Part shown: positions 19,543 through 29,919 of the stretch, piece by piece
Layout of the letters: each line of letters starts with the position of its first letter
Position numbering within the stretch: position 1 is the stretch's first letter
Assembly: GCA_964414785.1 (NCBI GenBank)
Contig: CAYPXZ010000016.1
Location: forward strand, 677 to 64,676
Direction: 5' to 3'
Length of the DNA: 64,000 nucleotides
Source of the DNA: an uncultured Opitutaceae bacterium
GTDB taxonomy: Bacteria > Verrucomicrobiota > Verrucomicrobiia > Opitutales > Opitutaceae
Made by a program: the position numbers and the translations under genes
Notes under the pieces: generated by a model
Seen by the model: the letters and a program-made list of their open reading frames with translations, nothing else
The model's database searches: none
What the model was told of the DNA's origin: nothing

Positions 19543-20916
19543 CTACTTGATCCCGAGGAAGTTGGTGATCCAGCCGCTGCTCGCGTCGTATTGCTCGGGC
19601 GTGTAGGCGTGGCCGAGCTCAAGGGTGAGCCCGAGCGTCTTCGGCGCGGTGATCAGGTTGTACGCGGCGTAGCACGAGGTCGGGGGGCACACCTCGTCGT
19701 TGTAGCCCCAGCTGTAGTAGCCGGGCACGCGGACCCGCCGCGCGAAGTTCACGGTGTCATAGTAGGTCGCCGTCGCGATCTTGGCCGGCGTCGCCTGGGC
19801 CGAGGGTGTGCCGTCCGGGTTCGGCATGAAGGGGTGGGGCCATCCCCCTGCGCGGCCGTGGAGCTCGGCGGAGTAGTCGCAGGCCGCCGGGTGGGTGGCG
19901 CTAAGCCCCGTCACGCGCGGGTCGAGGCCCGCGGTGACGATCGTCAGCTGCCCGCCCTGGCTGGCCCCCATGACGACCAGCTGCTTGCCGTCCCAGTACG
20001 GGCGCGAGGTCAGGAAGTCGTCCGCGCGGACGCAGCTCAGGTAGACGCGGTGGTAGTAGTAGTGCTCGCGGTCGTCGAAGTTGAAGAGCCAGTAGCCGTT
20101 GAGGCCGCCGGCGTAGAGCACGTCGTAGACGTCCTTCGCCATGTTGACCGGTATGCCGTGGATGCCGATCTCGAGGACGATCGCGCCCCTCGAGGCCAAT
20201 TCGGGGTCGCCCGAGTAGGGCCGGACGCCCGCCCCGGGCACCTTCAGGATCGCCGGGTATTTGCCTGGGGCCTTGGGCTCGCACAGGATCCCGAAGATCC
20301 GGGCCGGGACGGGCCCCATCCCCACGGTGCGGAAGCTCACGTGGTAGACGTCGACCTTTGAGGTGCAGGCCTCGGGCACGAGGGTCAGCTTCGCGTCCAG
20401 CGGCACCTTCGCCAGGTCGGCCTTCCCCGCGGCCCAGAACGCGTCGAAGTCCGCGGGCTCGACCTGGGTCGCCTTGATCTCCTGCGGCGCGAAGGCCGCC
20501 GTGGCGAGCCCGCGGTAGCTCCGCCCGGCCACCTGGGTGGTGACGATGCACCGGAGGAACCCGGGGACAGTCATCGTGCCCCCGTCCACCGTCAGGCCCG
20601 AGAGAGGCAGCGCAACGGTCTTCTTCTCGCCCGGGAACATGTCGGGCCCGACGGTGTAGGTCACCGTGACGGCGTCGACCGGCTCGTTGTCCGCCGTCAC
20701 CGACACCGCGAAACGGACAGGCTCGCCCAGCTTGTAGGTCCAGTCGCGGTGGTCGGGGACGACGATGACCCTGACGGTGGCCGCCCTCAGCGAGGCCCCC
20801 GGGGGCACCGGGGATATCGGCACCCCGGCGGTGTCCGAGGGGGAGTCCGCCATCGCAAGGCCGACGGCGCAGACAAGGGCGAGCGACGCAAGGGACAGGG
20901 CGCGCATGGATTTCAT
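19543..20916 (-). CDS. Acetylxylan esterase (CE7 / AXE1 family) with N-terminal extra domain and signal peptide
   Basis: 457 aa. Signal peptide MKSMRALSLASLALVCAVGLAMA and the GASQGG nucleophile motif of CE7 esterases. Confidence 0.8.
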   Translation of the reverse strand: MKSMRALSLASLALVCAVGLAMADSPSDTAGVPISPVPPGASLRAATVRVIVVPDHRDWTYKLGEPVRFAVSVTADNEPVDAVTVTYTVGPDMFPGEKKTVALPLSGLTVDGGTMTVPGFLRCIVTTQVAGRSYRGLATAAFAPQEIKATQVEPADFDAFWAAGKADLAKVPLDAKLTLVPEACTSKVDVYHVSFRTVGMGPVPARIFGILCEPKAPGKYPAILKVPGAGVRPYSGDPELASRGAIVLEIGIHGIPVNMAKDVYDVLYAGGLNGYWLFNFDDREHYYYHRVYLSCVRADDFLTSRPYWDGKQLVVMGASQGGQLTIVTAGLDPRVTGLSATHPAACDYSAELHGRAGGWPHPFMPNPDGTPSAQATPAKIATATYYDTVNFARRVRVPGYYSWGYNDEVCPPTSCYAAYNLITAPKTLGLTLELGHAYTPEQYDASSGWITNFLGIK

Positions 20917-21084
20917 GGGGATTGGGTTTCAAGGGCCGCCATCGGCACGGGCTTGCGGAGGGCCTTCCCTTCCTCTGGCGGCCGGCCATTGCCGGCTTCC
21001 CAGAGGTTTTCCATGACGCGGCTTTTTACAAGTATTACCCGACCCCGGGAGCCGCGTGCCTGGGGCCCCTGGGGCGGACGGGCG

Positions 21085-22182
21085 CTACTCCGCCGTCTCG
21101 CCGGTCACGACGGTCCCTCCCGTCACGCTGGCCTTCTCAAGGATAGCCTTGGAGATCTTCTCCGCGAGCTCCGGCTTCTCCCGGATGGTCTGCTTGGCCG
21201 CGTCGCGGCCCTGGCCCACGAGCTCGCCCAGGTAGGTGATCCACGAGCCCTTTTTCTCCAGGATCTTGTGCTCGAGGCCGAGATCAAGGAGCGAGCCCGA
21301 TGCGGAAATGCCCTCGTCGTACATGATGTCGAACTCGACCTCGGTGAACGGGGGCGCGACCTTGTTCTTCACGACCTTGATCTTGGTGCGGTTGCCGATG
21401 ACCTTCCCCTCGGGGGTCTTGATCTGGTCCTTGCGGCGGATGTCGATGCGGATCGACGAGAAGAACTTGAGCGCGCGCCCGCCGGACGTGGTCTCCGGGT
21501 TGCCGAACATCACGCCGATCTTCTCGCGGATCTGGTTGGTGAAGATGCACACGCACTGGGTCTTGCTGACCACGCTCGTCAGGCGGCGCATCGCCTGCGA
21601 CATGAGGCGCGCCTGGCTGCCCATGGTCATGTCGCCCATCTGGCCGTCGAGCTCCGCCTTGGTGATGAGCGCGGCGACCGAGTCGAGGACGATGATGTCG
21701 ATGCTGTTGGAGCGGATCAGCGTCTCCATGATGTTCAGGGCGTCCTCGCCGCTGTCGGGCTGGGAGACGAGGAGGTCGTCGAGCTTCACGCCCACGACGC
21801 GCGCATACTTCGGGTCGAGAGCGTGCTCGACGTCGATGAACGCGGCGAGCCCGCCCTTCTTCTGGGCCTCCGCGATGACGCTCAGGCAGAACGTGGTCTT
21901 GCCCGAGGACTCCGGCCCGTAGATCTCCACGATGCGGCCCTTGGGAAGGCCCCCGACCCCGAGCGCCAGGTCGATCGCGAGCGACCCGGTCGACAGGGTC
22001 TCGACCTTCATCTTCGCGTTGCTGCCGAGGCGCATGATCGAGCCCTCGCCGAACTCCTTGGTTATGGAGGAGAGCGCGAGCTCGATATTCTTCTCTCGGA
22101 CGTGGGCGACGGCGGGGGCTGCGGGTTTGGGAGGAGTGGCTTTTGACATGGCTTGGAGGGGAGCCCTTGTTGACGCATTCAT
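21085..22182 (-). CDS. recA: Recombinase RecA
   Basis: Walker [10 protein letters not shown] and canonical blocks [40 protein letters not shown]. An alternative start is at 22149 (MSKATPP). Confidence 0.97.
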   Translation of the reverse strand: MNASTRAPLQAMSKATPPKPAAPAVAHVREKNIELALSSITKEFGEGSIMRLGSNAKMKVETLSTGSLAIDLALGVGGLPKGRIVEIYGPESSGKTTFCLSVIAEAQKKGGLAAFIDVEHALDPKYARVVGVKLDDLLVSQPDSGEDALNIMETLIRSNSIDIIVLDSVAALITKAELDGQMGDMTMGSQARLMSQAMRRLTSVVSKTQCVCIFTNQIREKIGVMFGNPETTSGGRALKFFSSIRIDIRRKDQIKTPEGKVIGNRTKIKVVKNKVAPPFTEVEFDIMYDEGISASGSLLDLGLEHKILEKKGSWITYLGELVGQGRDAAKQTIREKPELAEKISKAILEKASVTGGTVVTGETAE

Positions 22183-22198
22183 TTGGGAACGGAGCGAT

Positions 22199-22522
22199 TC
22201 AAAAATCCCTATATTTCAGAGATTTTTCGGCCCCCGGCCCCGGCGGCACGACGGCGAGCGCCACGCAGCCGCCGCGGGTCAGCTCGGCGAGGACCCTGAC
22301 GGGCCCCGCGCCGGCGCCGGGCGCCCGAACCTTACCCTCAAAAAGGATGACCGGGCCGCCCCGGCTTCCCCTGCGGCGCACGACGCGCCTCGATCCATTC
22401 GCAATGGCGTCGCAGGCGTCCCTGTCGCAGAGGCGGCGCCCCTTTAGGGCGCACTGCCGGGCAAACCGCCGGGTGAACCGGACGACGCGGATGGGGGCCT
22501 GGGTGGAGGGGATCTGTGCCAC
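22199..22522 (-). CDS. Hypothetical small protein immediately upstream of recA
   Basis: 107 codons from a GTG. Strongly GC-biased third positions in this frame argue for real coding. It contains [15 protein letters not shown] recognise no family. Confidence 0.4.
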   Translation of the reverse strand: MAQIPSTQAPIRVVRFTRRFARQCALKGRRLCDRDACDAIANGSRRVVRRRGSRGGPVILFEGKVRAPGAGAGPVRVLAELTRGGCVALAVVPPGPGAEKSLKYRDF

Positions 22523-22573
22523 GGCTCGGGACCGGGAGCCAGCCCGTGGCGTTCCGCCAAGTCAAGACAGTAT

Positions 22574-22587
22574 TTAGACAAGTCTAA
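22574..22587. promoter_or_regulatory. Palindrome TTAGAC-AA-GTCTAA in a divergent intergenic region
   Basis: Read directly. It lies between the (hypothetical-recA) transcription unit and the amidase gene. Confidence 0.25.
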
Positions 22588-22670
22588 CATGCTTGGTCGC
22601 CTTGGGGGTCGGACGGGGCATTGAATCCGCAGGTTGCGATTTTCGCCGATAGGGCCGAGCTTGGGCCCCA

Positions 22671-23924
22671 ATGACGATAGGAGAATGGCAGAAGCTCGAC
22701 CCCGAGGCCGGCGCACGCGAGGTCCTGCGGCGCGTTGATACCCATCTTGCCCCTCCCCAACGCGTTTCGTCGGTCGCGGCCCTCCGCGGGCAGGGGGAGC
22801 TTGCCGCCGCGTTTGCGGTGGCTTCCCCCGGGCCCCTGCGCGGGGTCCCCTACATGGTGAAGGACCTCTTTGACGTCGCCGGCATGCCGACCCTGGCCGG
22901 CTCGTCGTTCCTGCCGGAGGTGAGGCCTGTCCCGGCGCAGGACTCGCGGATCGTTAGGGACCTGGCTGCGGCGGGCGCCGTCCTTGTCGGCAAGACCCAC
23001 CTCTTCGAGTTCGCCTGGGGCCTCACGGGGGAAAACGCCCATTACGGGGACTGCGAGCACCCGAAATTCGCGGGGAGGACCGCGGGGGGCTCGAGCAGCG
23101 GCAGCGCGGTCGCGGTGGCCGCCGACGTCGTCCCGCTCGCGATCGGGACCGACACGGGGGGATCGATCCGGGTCCCGGCGGCCTTCTGCGGGATCTACGG
23201 GTACCGGGGCGTCCCCGGGGATCCCTGGGCCCTGGACGCGGTTCCCCTGGCCCCCAGCTTTGACACCGCAGGCTGGTTCACGCGGACCGCCGGCGACATG
23301 CGGACGGTATGCGGGGCCCTCGTGGGCGCCGGCTCCCCGGGGGGGACGCCCCGCGGCTGCTACCTCGACATGCCGGGTGTCGACGCCGACGTGGCGGAGG
23401 CGTGCCGCGCCGCGGCCGCCGGCTTCACCGCGCCCTCGGAGGGGGCGTCGCGCCGCGAGCTCCTGGCCGCATTCAGCCCCGCGGCCGAGGTGTACGGCGT
23501 CCTTGGCGGGCACGAGTCCTGGCGGATCCACAGGAAATGGGCCGATCGGTACAAGGCCCGGTACGGCCCCCTCGTCCTCGACCGCCTGGAGCGGGCCAGG
23601 GCGATCTCGCCCGCGCAGCTTGCGGCCGTCGAGCCGAGCCGTCAGGCGATCAAGCGGGCGTGGGAGGCCTACTTCGTGGACCACGACTTCCTCGTCATGC
23701 CGGCGACCCCCTTCGGGGCGCTGACGAAGGCCGAGCTGACCCCCGCCAACCGGCTGCGCATGCTCGGCCTAACGGCGCCGGCGAGCCTGGGGGGACTCCC
23801 GGTCCTCACGGTGCCGGTCGCCCTTCCCTCGGGGCTGTCAGCGGGCCTGCAGGTGGTCTTCAGCCACCCGCAGAACCGCGTGGTGGCCTGGGTGCTCGCG
23901 GCCTGCCCTCACTCGTCGGCCTGA
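22671..23924 (+). CDS. Amidase (amidase-signature family)
   Basis: 417 aa with the GGSSSGSAVAVAA amidase signature and GTDTGGSIRVPAAFCG. Confidence 0.88.
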   Translation: MTIGEWQKLDPEAGAREVLRRVDTHLAPPQRVSSVAALRGQGELAAAFAVASPGPLRGVPYMVKDLFDVAGMPTLAGSSFLPEVRPVPAQDSRIVRDLAAAGAVLVGKTHLFEFAWGLTGENAHYGDCEHPKFAGRTAGGSSSGSAVAVAADVVPLAIGTDTGGSIRVPAAFCGIYGYRGVPGDPWALDAVPLAPSFDTAGWFTRTAGDMRTVCGALVGAGSPGGTPRGCYLDMPGVDADVAEACRAAAAGFTAPSEGASRRELLAAFSPAAEVYGVLGGHESWRIHRKWADRYKARYGPLVLDRLERARAISPAQLAAVEPSRQAIKRAWEAYFVDHDFLVMPATPFGALTKAELTPANRLRMLGLTAPASLGGLPVLTVPVALPSGLSAGLQVVFSHPQNRVVAWVLAACPHSSA

Positions 23925-24394
23925 TTCAGGAGGATCAGGCTCAGTCCCATGAAGGTGAAGAGCCGGAAGGCGGCATCCTGGCCGTTCCAGATCTTGGACT
24001 GCCACATGAGGAACCATTCGCCGCCGACGGCCATGAAGGCGAAGTACCACTGGATGAGGCCCACCGTGAGGCCGACCGAGGCGAGGCCCTTGGCCTTCTT
24101 CCACTCGGCCGCGGGCGCGCCCCGGGCCTTCCACAGTTTGAAAGAGCCCGCGCCGATCAGCGCGCAGCAGAGCGACTCCCACCCGATGATCGAGGCGTAG
24201 AAGGCCTTGTGCAGGACCGGCGCGCGGATCGCGCGGTACATGGCCGCGTTCCCGGGGAAGGTCGTGTCCATGCTAAGGACATGCCGGACAAACTGGTAGT
24301 TCGAGTTGGGGTCGGTCAGGTTGTTGAAAACGACGACCAGCATGAAGAAGGACGAGAGCGACGTGATGACGATCTTGCAGAGTCTGAGTTGCAT
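23909..24394 (-). CDS. DUF2165-like small integral membrane protein
   Basis: 161 aa with four hydrophobic segments. The N-terminus LSSFFMLVVVFNNLTDPNSNYQFVRHVLSMDTTF resembles the DUF2165 family. Confidence 0.6.
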   Translation of the reverse strand: MQLRLCKIVITSLSSFFMLVVVFNNLTDPNSNYQFVRHVLSMDTTFPGNAAMYRAIRAPVLHKAFYASIIGWESLCCALIGAGSFKLWKARGAPAAEWKKAKGLASVGLTVGLIQWYFAFMAVGGEWFLMWQSKIWNGQDAAFRLFTFMGLSLILLNQADE

Positions 24395-24445
24395 GGGGTG
24401 TTCCTCGGGTTTGAAGCCTGTTCTGGGTGGGGGCCGAATATGCTG

Positions 24446-25732
24446 CTAGCGGAGCTCGTCGTAGCCCGGGGGCCGCGCCTCCCGGATATTCTCGCCGTCG
24501 ACAAGGCGCCGCCGCGAGCCCTGCCGGCTCAGGAACTCGCTCAATGACCGGGCTGGGAAGACCACGAGATGGGCGGGGGAGCCCTCCGCCACGCGGCCCA
24601 TCGCCGGAAGGCCCACGATGTCCGCGGCCGCAGAGGTGACGACCGACACGGATTCGCCGAGGCGCGAGTCCAAGTGCGCGAGGCGCAGGCTCTGGATGTA
24701 GACCTCCGCGGCATCATAGTCCCCGTAGGCGAAGAACGCGTCGCGGACGTTGTCGCTGGCGCACGCGAGCGGAACGCCGGCGTCGAGGAGGTCCTGGACG
24801 AGCGTGATGCCCCGCCACTGCGGGGTCCGCGGGAACTGCGCGCCGCGCCGGTCCTGGAGGTAGAGGTTGCACAGGGGCAGCGAGATGACGCGGATGCCCG
24901 ACTCCTTCACCAGGGCGAGGGTCGAGCGCTGGCGGTCCGCGGGCTGGACCGACAGGCTGCAGCAGTGCCCGCAGACGACCGGGTTCGTGAAGGCGTTCCG
25001 GATCACGGCCTCGGCCACCGCGCGAAGGACCTCCTCCCCGGGGTTGCCGTTCTCGTCGACGTGCAGGTCCAGGCCCACTCCCCGGTCCCGCGCGATGGCC
25101 AGGAGGCGGTCAAGGTGCCGGGGCAGGTCGGGCGACATGGGGGACCAGCCGCCCAGGGCGCACGCCCCGTACTTGAGGGCGAGGTCGGCGATCGCGTCGC
25201 CCTGCGCGCCCTCGTAGTTCGCAAGGGCTGTGAGGGGCACCGTCTGCAGCGTGATCCGCCCCCGCCACGCCTCGCGCAGCTCCTGCATCGCCGCGTGGTT
25301 GACCTCTCCCCAGGGAAGCCAGGTGTCGACGTGCGTGCGGACGACCCTCGTGCCGTGCTCCCAGGCGCAGTGCAGGGCGAACCCGGCCCTGCGCAGGAGG
25401 TCCGGCCTCGTCCAGTTCTCCTTGTCCCTCGACAGGACGTCGAGCGCCTCGGCGAACGTGCCGCTCCTGTTTAGGGCCCGCTCCCAGGTGTGGGTCTTGT
25501 CGAGGTGGACGTGGGCGTCAACGAAGCCCGGGAAGACGAGCGCCCCGTCCAGGTCCACCGCGTTGTCCGGGCCCGACGGGACCGCGGCCGACGACCGGTG
25601 GACCGAGGTGATCTTCGACCCGGCGACCTCGATGTCGCAGAGGACGGACGGTTCCGCGGGATCCGGCGCCGGTAGGGCGATCGAAGCGGGTAGGACGGCG
25701 GCGGGCACGCGGGCCCTCTTGAGAAGAAGCAT
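24446..25732 (-). CDS. Cytosine deaminase-like amidohydrolase (CodA/AtzC-type)
   Basis: PGFVDAHVHLDKTHTWE (HxH metal motif), HVDE, and a C-terminal DN...D motif region. The start is set at MLLLKRARVP (25732). The 950-aa track ORF is a run-through artefact. Confidence 0.8.
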   Translation of the reverse strand: MLLLKRARVPAAVLPASIALPAPDPAEPSVLCDIEVAGSKITSVHRSSAAVPSGPDNAVDLDGALVFPGFVDAHVHLDKTHTWERALNRSGTFAEALDVLSRDKENWTRPDLLRRAGFALHCAWEHGTRVVRTHVDTWLPWGEVNHAAMQELREAWRGRITLQTVPLTALANYEGAQGDAIADLALKYGACALGGWSPMSPDLPRHLDRLLAIARDRGVGLDLHVDENGNPGEEVLRAVAEAVIRNAFTNPVVCGHCCSLSVQPADRQRSTLALVKESGIRVISLPLCNLYLQDRRGAQFPRTPQWRGITLVQDLLDAGVPLACASDNVRDAFFAYGDYDAAEVYIQSLRLAHLDSRLGESVSVVTSAAADIVGLPAMGRVAEGSPAHLVVFPARSLSEFLSRQGSRRRLVDGENIREARPPGYDELR

Positions 25733-25870
25733 GCCGGTGGGGAAAGCTGCGGAAAGCACGCTATGTGCCACATGTCCCGCCGCAAGGCTCCATACCGCAA
25801 AGGCCGCCCAAACTGAAACCCCGGCTTGCCGCGGCCCGCGCGATGGCAACATTCTTGCTCTCAACCGCTG

Positions 25871-27283
25871 ATGGACTCCCAACTTGTAGTACTGAAGTCG
25901 GAATTGCGCGCGATTGTCGGCGCGGGGGAGCTCATCGATTCCGGCGACACCCTGGAGACGCTGTCCAAGGACTACTACTGGTACTCGCCGGTCCTCAAGC
26001 GCCAGCTCGAGGACAAGCGCGCCGACATGGCCGTCCGCCCGGGCAGCGTCGAGGAGCTTCGCGCCGTGGTCGCGGCCTGCTGCCGGGCGCGCGTCCCCGT
26101 CGTGCCCCGGGGCGCGGGCACGGGCAACTACGGCCAGTGCGTCCCGCTCTACGGCGGAGTCGTCATCGATTTCTCGCGCATGGACCGGATCATCTCGCTC
26201 GACGGCGGGGTGGCCCACGTCGAGGCGGGCGCCCGGCTCGGCACGATAGAGGGCGAGGCCAGGAAATTGGGGTGGGAGCTTCGCTGCATGCCGTCGACCT
26301 GGATGAAGGCCACGATCGGCGGGTTCATGTGCGGCGGGTCCGGCGGGATCGGCTCGATCACTTGGGGCGGCATCAACGCCCCGGGCAACGTCAGGGCGGT
26401 CACGATGATGACGTGCGAGGAGACGCCCCGGCTGGTGCGCCTGGAGGAGGCGGAGTGCCTGAAGGCGCTGCACACCTACGGGACCACGGGGCTCATGGTC
26501 GAGGTGGAGATGCGCCTGGCGCCGAAGATCGACTACGACCAGCTGATCCTGAGCGCCCCCTCCTGGGACCGGCTCCTCGACTGGACCGACGCCGCCTCGA
26601 GGAGGCTCGAGTGGCGAAAGCGGCTGGTCACCCAGTTCGAGTGGCCGATCCCGTCCTATTTCAGGCCCCTGGCGAAGCACCTGCGAACCGGGGACTCGAT
26701 CACGTTCCTCCTTGTGGACCGCGCGCAGTCCGCCGAGGTGATCGCAAGCGCCGCCGCCGAGGGCATCGCCTGCGTCTACCAGAAGGCCCTCACGGACCCC
26801 CCGAGGCCCCCGTTCCTGACGGACTACACCTGGAACCACACGACGCTCTGGGCGATCAAGGCGGACCCCGCGATCACCTACCTGCAATCCGGCTTCGGGC
26901 CCAACTTCAGGCAGCAGTTCGCCGAACTGAGGAGCCGGTTCCCGGGCGAGATTCTTTTCCACCTGGAGTGGACCGCGGGCAACGCGAAGATGATGCGCGG
27001 GAACGCCGTCGCCAACAATGCGGACGAGATCGTGGTCGGCGGGATCCCGATCGTGTTCTTCAAGTCCGAGGAACGGCTCGGCGAGATCCTGCGCTGCTGC
27101 GAGGAGATCGGGGTGTTCATCGCCAACCCCCACACGGTCCACCTCGAGGAGGGCGGGCGCCATCCCAACATCGCCGACAAGCGCGCCTTCAAGGCGCAGG
27201 TCGACCCGGCCTCGCTCCTCAATCCCGGCAAGATGAAGACCTATCCCGTCAACCCCTTCGCGCGGGAGCCCGCCGCTACATGA
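25871..27283 (+). CDS. FAD-binding (FAD_binding_4 / vanillyl-alcohol-oxidase-type) oxidoreductase
   Basis: VVPRGAGTGNYGQCVPLYGGVVIDFSRM is typical of FAD-linked oxidases. Start at MDSQLVVLK. Confidence 0.75.
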   Translation: MDSQLVVLKSELRAIVGAGELIDSGDTLETLSKDYYWYSPVLKRQLEDKRADMAVRPGSVEELRAVVAACCRARVPVVPRGAGTGNYGQCVPLYGGVVIDFSRMDRIISLDGGVAHVEAGARLGTIEGEARKLGWELRCMPSTWMKATIGGFMCGGSGGIGSITWGGINAPGNVRAVTMMTCEETPRLVRLEEAECLKALHTYGTTGLMVEVEMRLAPKIDYDQLILSAPSWDRLLDWTDAASRRLEWRKRLVTQFEWPIPSYFRPLAKHLRTGDSITFLLVDRAQSAEVIASAAAEGIACVYQKALTDPPRPPFLTDYTWNHTTLWAIKADPAITYLQSGFGPNFRQQFAELRSRFPGEILFHLEWTAGNAKMMRGNAVANNADEIVVGGIPIVFFKSEERLGEILRCCEEIGVFIANPHTVHLEEGGRHPNIADKRAFKAQVDPASLLNPGKMKTYPVNPFAREPAAT

Positions 27284-28059
27284 GGCAGGAGGACCCACTG
27301 CCCATCGTCGAACTCAGGGACGTCGACAAGCGCTATGGAGACGGGCCGCTGATCCTCGACAAGATAGGGTTCGCCGCGAAGCGGGGCGACTTCATCACCC
27401 TCATCGGGCCCAGCGGGTGCGGCAAGTCGACCATCCTGAAGCTGATTTCCGGACTCAACCCGGTTTCGGCGGGCCGGATCGTCGTGGACGGCCTCGAGCC
27501 CGCCAACGCCGTCGAGAAGCTCTCCTTCGTCTTCCAGGAGCCGACGCTCCTGCCCTGGCGCACCGTGGCCCAGAACGTGGAGGTGCCGCTGAGGCTGCAC
27601 GGATCCGAGCCGGTCGCCCGGGCCGAGGTGGTCCGCAAGTCCCTCGCCCTCGTCGGCCTGGCGGACAGGATGGACTACTACCCGCGGCAGCTCTCGGGCG
27701 GCCAGAAGATGCGCGTGTCGATTGCGCGGGCGCTCAGCGTCTCGCCGAGGATCCTCCTCCTGGACGAGCCCTTCGGCGCGCTCGACGAGATGACCCGGGA
27801 CCACCTGAACGAGGAGCTCCTGGCGATCCGCCAGCAGCTCGCATGGACGGCCTTCTTCGTGACGCACTCCGTCTCCGAGGCGGTCTTCCTCTCGAACCGG
27901 ATCATCGTCCTGTCCGCGAACCCCGGTAGGGTCCACAGCGAGGTGCGGGTGGATTTCCCCTACCCGAGGACGGAGGAGACCCGCGAGTCGGCGCCGTTCC
28001 AGAAGATGGTCGCCGAGGTGTCCAAGATCCTGCGCTCGGTCGAGCGCCTGCACCCATGA
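27280..28059 (+). CDS. ABC transporter ATP-binding protein (NitT/TauT family)
   Basis: Walker A GPSGCGKST, signature LSGGQKMRV and Walker B LLLDEPFGALD. Its ATGA overlaps the upstream stop. Confidence 0.92.
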   Translation: MRQEDPLPIVELRDVDKRYGDGPLILDKIGFAAKRGDFITLIGPSGCGKSTILKLISGLNPVSAGRIVVDGLEPANAVEKLSFVFQEPTLLPWRTVAQNVEVPLRLHGSEPVARAEVVRKSLALVGLADRMDYYPRQLSGGQKMRVSIARALSVSPRILLLDEPFGALDEMTRDHLNEELLAIRQQLAWTAFFVTHSVSEAVFLSNRIIVLSANPGRVHSEVRVDFPYPRTEETRESAPFQKMVAEVSKILRSVERLHP

Positions 28060-28871
28060 GCGCCCCCAAGACCAGGTCGGGCCTGCCCGCGATCGTCCGA
28101 AGGTTCCTGCCGTTCGTGACCGGAATCGGCATGATCGTCGCCTGGTACGTCGTCTGCATGAGCCTGAGCGCCGACCAGCGTTTCCTGCTCCCGTCCCCGC
28201 ACGAAGTCGCGCGGGCCTTCGTCGACAAGGGCCCCGCCCTCTGGGGGGCGGCGCTCAACACCGGCGGGGGGGCCCTCCTCGGGTTCGGCCTGGCGGTGTG
28301 CCTGAGCTTCGCCTTCGCGCTCTTCCTCTCCCTCTCCCCGCTCGTCAGGGCCAGCTTCTACCCCTACCTGATGATCCTGCAGATGACCCCGATCATCGTC
28401 ATCGCCCCAATCCTCATCCTGTGGGTCGGGCCGGGACTGAAGAGCGTCGTCATCATCACCTTTTTGATCTGCTTCTTCCCGATGGTGGTGAACACCACCC
28501 AGGGGCTCATCTCGACCGACCGCAACCTCGTCGCCCTCTTCACGATGTGCAAGGCGACGAAATGGCAGGAGATCCTCCTGCTGAGGGTCCCCTCCGCGCT
28601 GCCGTATTTCTTCACGGGGCTGAGGATCGCGGCGACCCTGGCCCCCATAGGGGCGATCGTCGGCGACTACATCGCGGGAAACAGCGCGGGAGGGCAGGGG
28701 GGCCTCGGCTTCCTCACGATCATCTACAGCTCGCAGTTCCAGATGGGAGCGCTCTTCGCCACCGCGGCCGTCGGGTGCCTCCTCGGCTTCATCTTCGTCG
28801 CGGGCGTGATTGCCCTGAGCTGGCTCGCGCTCCACAAGTGGCACGACTCGTTCAGCCAATCCGACAATTGA
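28056..28871 (+). CDS. ABC transporter permease (NitT/TauT family)
   Basis: 271 aa with six hydrophobic segments and an EAA-like loop. It overlaps its neighbours by 4 nt and 1 nt. Confidence 0.88.
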   Translation: MSAPKTRSGLPAIVRRFLPFVTGIGMIVAWYVVCMSLSADQRFLLPSPHEVARAFVDKGPALWGAALNTGGGALLGFGLAVCLSFAFALFLSLSPLVRASFYPYLMILQMTPIIVIAPILILWVGPGLKSVVIITFLICFFPMVVNTTQGLISTDRNLVALFTMCKATKWQEILLLRVPSALPYFFTGLRIAATLAPIGAIVGDYIAGNSAGGQGGLGFLTIIYSSQFQMGALFATAAVGCLLGFIFVAGVIALSWLALHKWHDSFSQSDN

Positions 28872-29902
28872 TGAACCCGCTCCGGACGCCCAGGCAGGCC
28901 CCCGCGCTCGTTTGCGCCCTCCTTGCGTGCATGCTGGCCGGGTGTTCGAGGCCGGCGCCCGTGAGCCTCCCGGAGTCGGGGGTGGCGAAGACGCTTCCGA
29001 GGATCCGCTTCAAGACCGACTGGTACCCCCAGGCGGAGCACGGCGGCTTCTACCAGGCCCAGGCCAAGGGGTATTACCGGGATGCCGGGATCGACGTGGA
29101 CATCCAGCCGGGTGGGCCCGGCGTCCTCGTTTGGCAGCTCATGGTGGCGGGCCAGTGCGACATCGCCGTCAGCCGCAGCGACGACGTCGCCGTCTGGGTG
29201 TCGAAGGGCCTGCCGTTCATCGCGGTCGGCGCCTACATGGAGGGCGACCCGCAGGCCATCCTCGTCCACGACGAGAGTCCGGTCAGGACCTTCGCGGACC
29301 TGGACGGCAAGACGATCATGGGGGTGCCGGGATCGAACTGGATCGACTACCTCAAATTCCACTACCATATCGATTTCCGGCTCATTCCATCGAACTACGG
29401 GATCGCCCAGTTCATGGCGGACAAGGACTTCATGCAGCAGTGCTTCGTGACCAATGAGCCCTACTACGTCCGGAAGAATGGAGGGCATCCCCGCACGCTC
29501 CTCATGTCGGATTCCGGGTTCCGTCCCTACCGGATCCTCTTCACGACCCAGGGCTACCTTAAGGACCATGCCGCCGAGGTGCGCGCGTTCGTCGCGGCCT
29601 CGGTGCGCGGCTGGACGGACTTCATGAACGGCGACCCGACGCCCGGAAAGGCCCTCATCGCGAAGGCCAACCCCAACATGTCGGAGGAGTTCATGGACTA
29701 CTCGATCAAGGCCATGCGCGACTGGAACCTCGTGTCCGGCCGGCTGGCCGAGGGCGAGCGCATCGGTCTCATGACCCGCCGACGCCTCGAGGAGCAGGTC
29801 AACGACCTCTTCCAGCTGAAGATGATTCCGCAATTGATCCCGGTCGATAAATTTGTTCGATTCGACCTCATGCCGGAAGACCTTCAATCCGGGGCCAAGT
29901 AG
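28871..29902 (+). CDS. NMT1/THI5-type ABC substrate-binding lipoprotein (SBP-1)
   Basis: Lipobox LLACMLAGCS, then KTDWYPQAEHGGFYQAQAKGYYRDAGIDVDI, typical of NMT1/THI5-like binding proteins. Confidence 0.85.
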   Translation: MNPLRTPRQAPALVCALLACMLAGCSRPAPVSLPESGVAKTLPRIRFKTDWYPQAEHGGFYQAQAKGYYRDAGIDVDIQPGGPGVLVWQLMVAGQCDIAVSRSDDVAVWVSKGLPFIAVGAYMEGDPQAILVHDESPVRTFADLDGKTIMGVPGSNWIDYLKFHYHIDFRLIPSNYGIAQFMADKDFMQQCFVTNEPYYVRKNGGHPRTLLMSDSGFRPYRILFTTQGYLKDHAAEVRAFVAASVRGWTDFMNGDPTPGKALIAKANPNMSEEFMDYSIKAMRDWNLVSGRLAEGERIGLMTRRRLEEQVNDLFQLKMIPQLIPVDKFVRFDLMPEDLQSGAK

Positions 29903-29919
29903 TCGGTTATATCCAGTTA

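Noticed and set aside
22140-22670. LexA/SOS box near recA.
   Set aside because: There is no match to the LexA motifs I know. The TTAGAC-AA-GTCTAA dyad is reported only as an uncharacterised site.
24446-27298. 950-aa minus-strand ORF in the track.
   Set aside because: Only the part from 25732 downstream is a real gene (CodA-like, starting MLLLKRARVP). The upstream about 520 codons are antisense to the FAD oxidase gene and are Arg/Gly/Pro-rich.
25765-28059. 764-aa plus-strand ORF.
   Set aside because: This is a run-through. Only 27280-28059 is a real gene, the ABC ATPase starting MRQEDPLPIVELRDV. The upstream portion is an out-of-frame overlap of the FAD oxidase.
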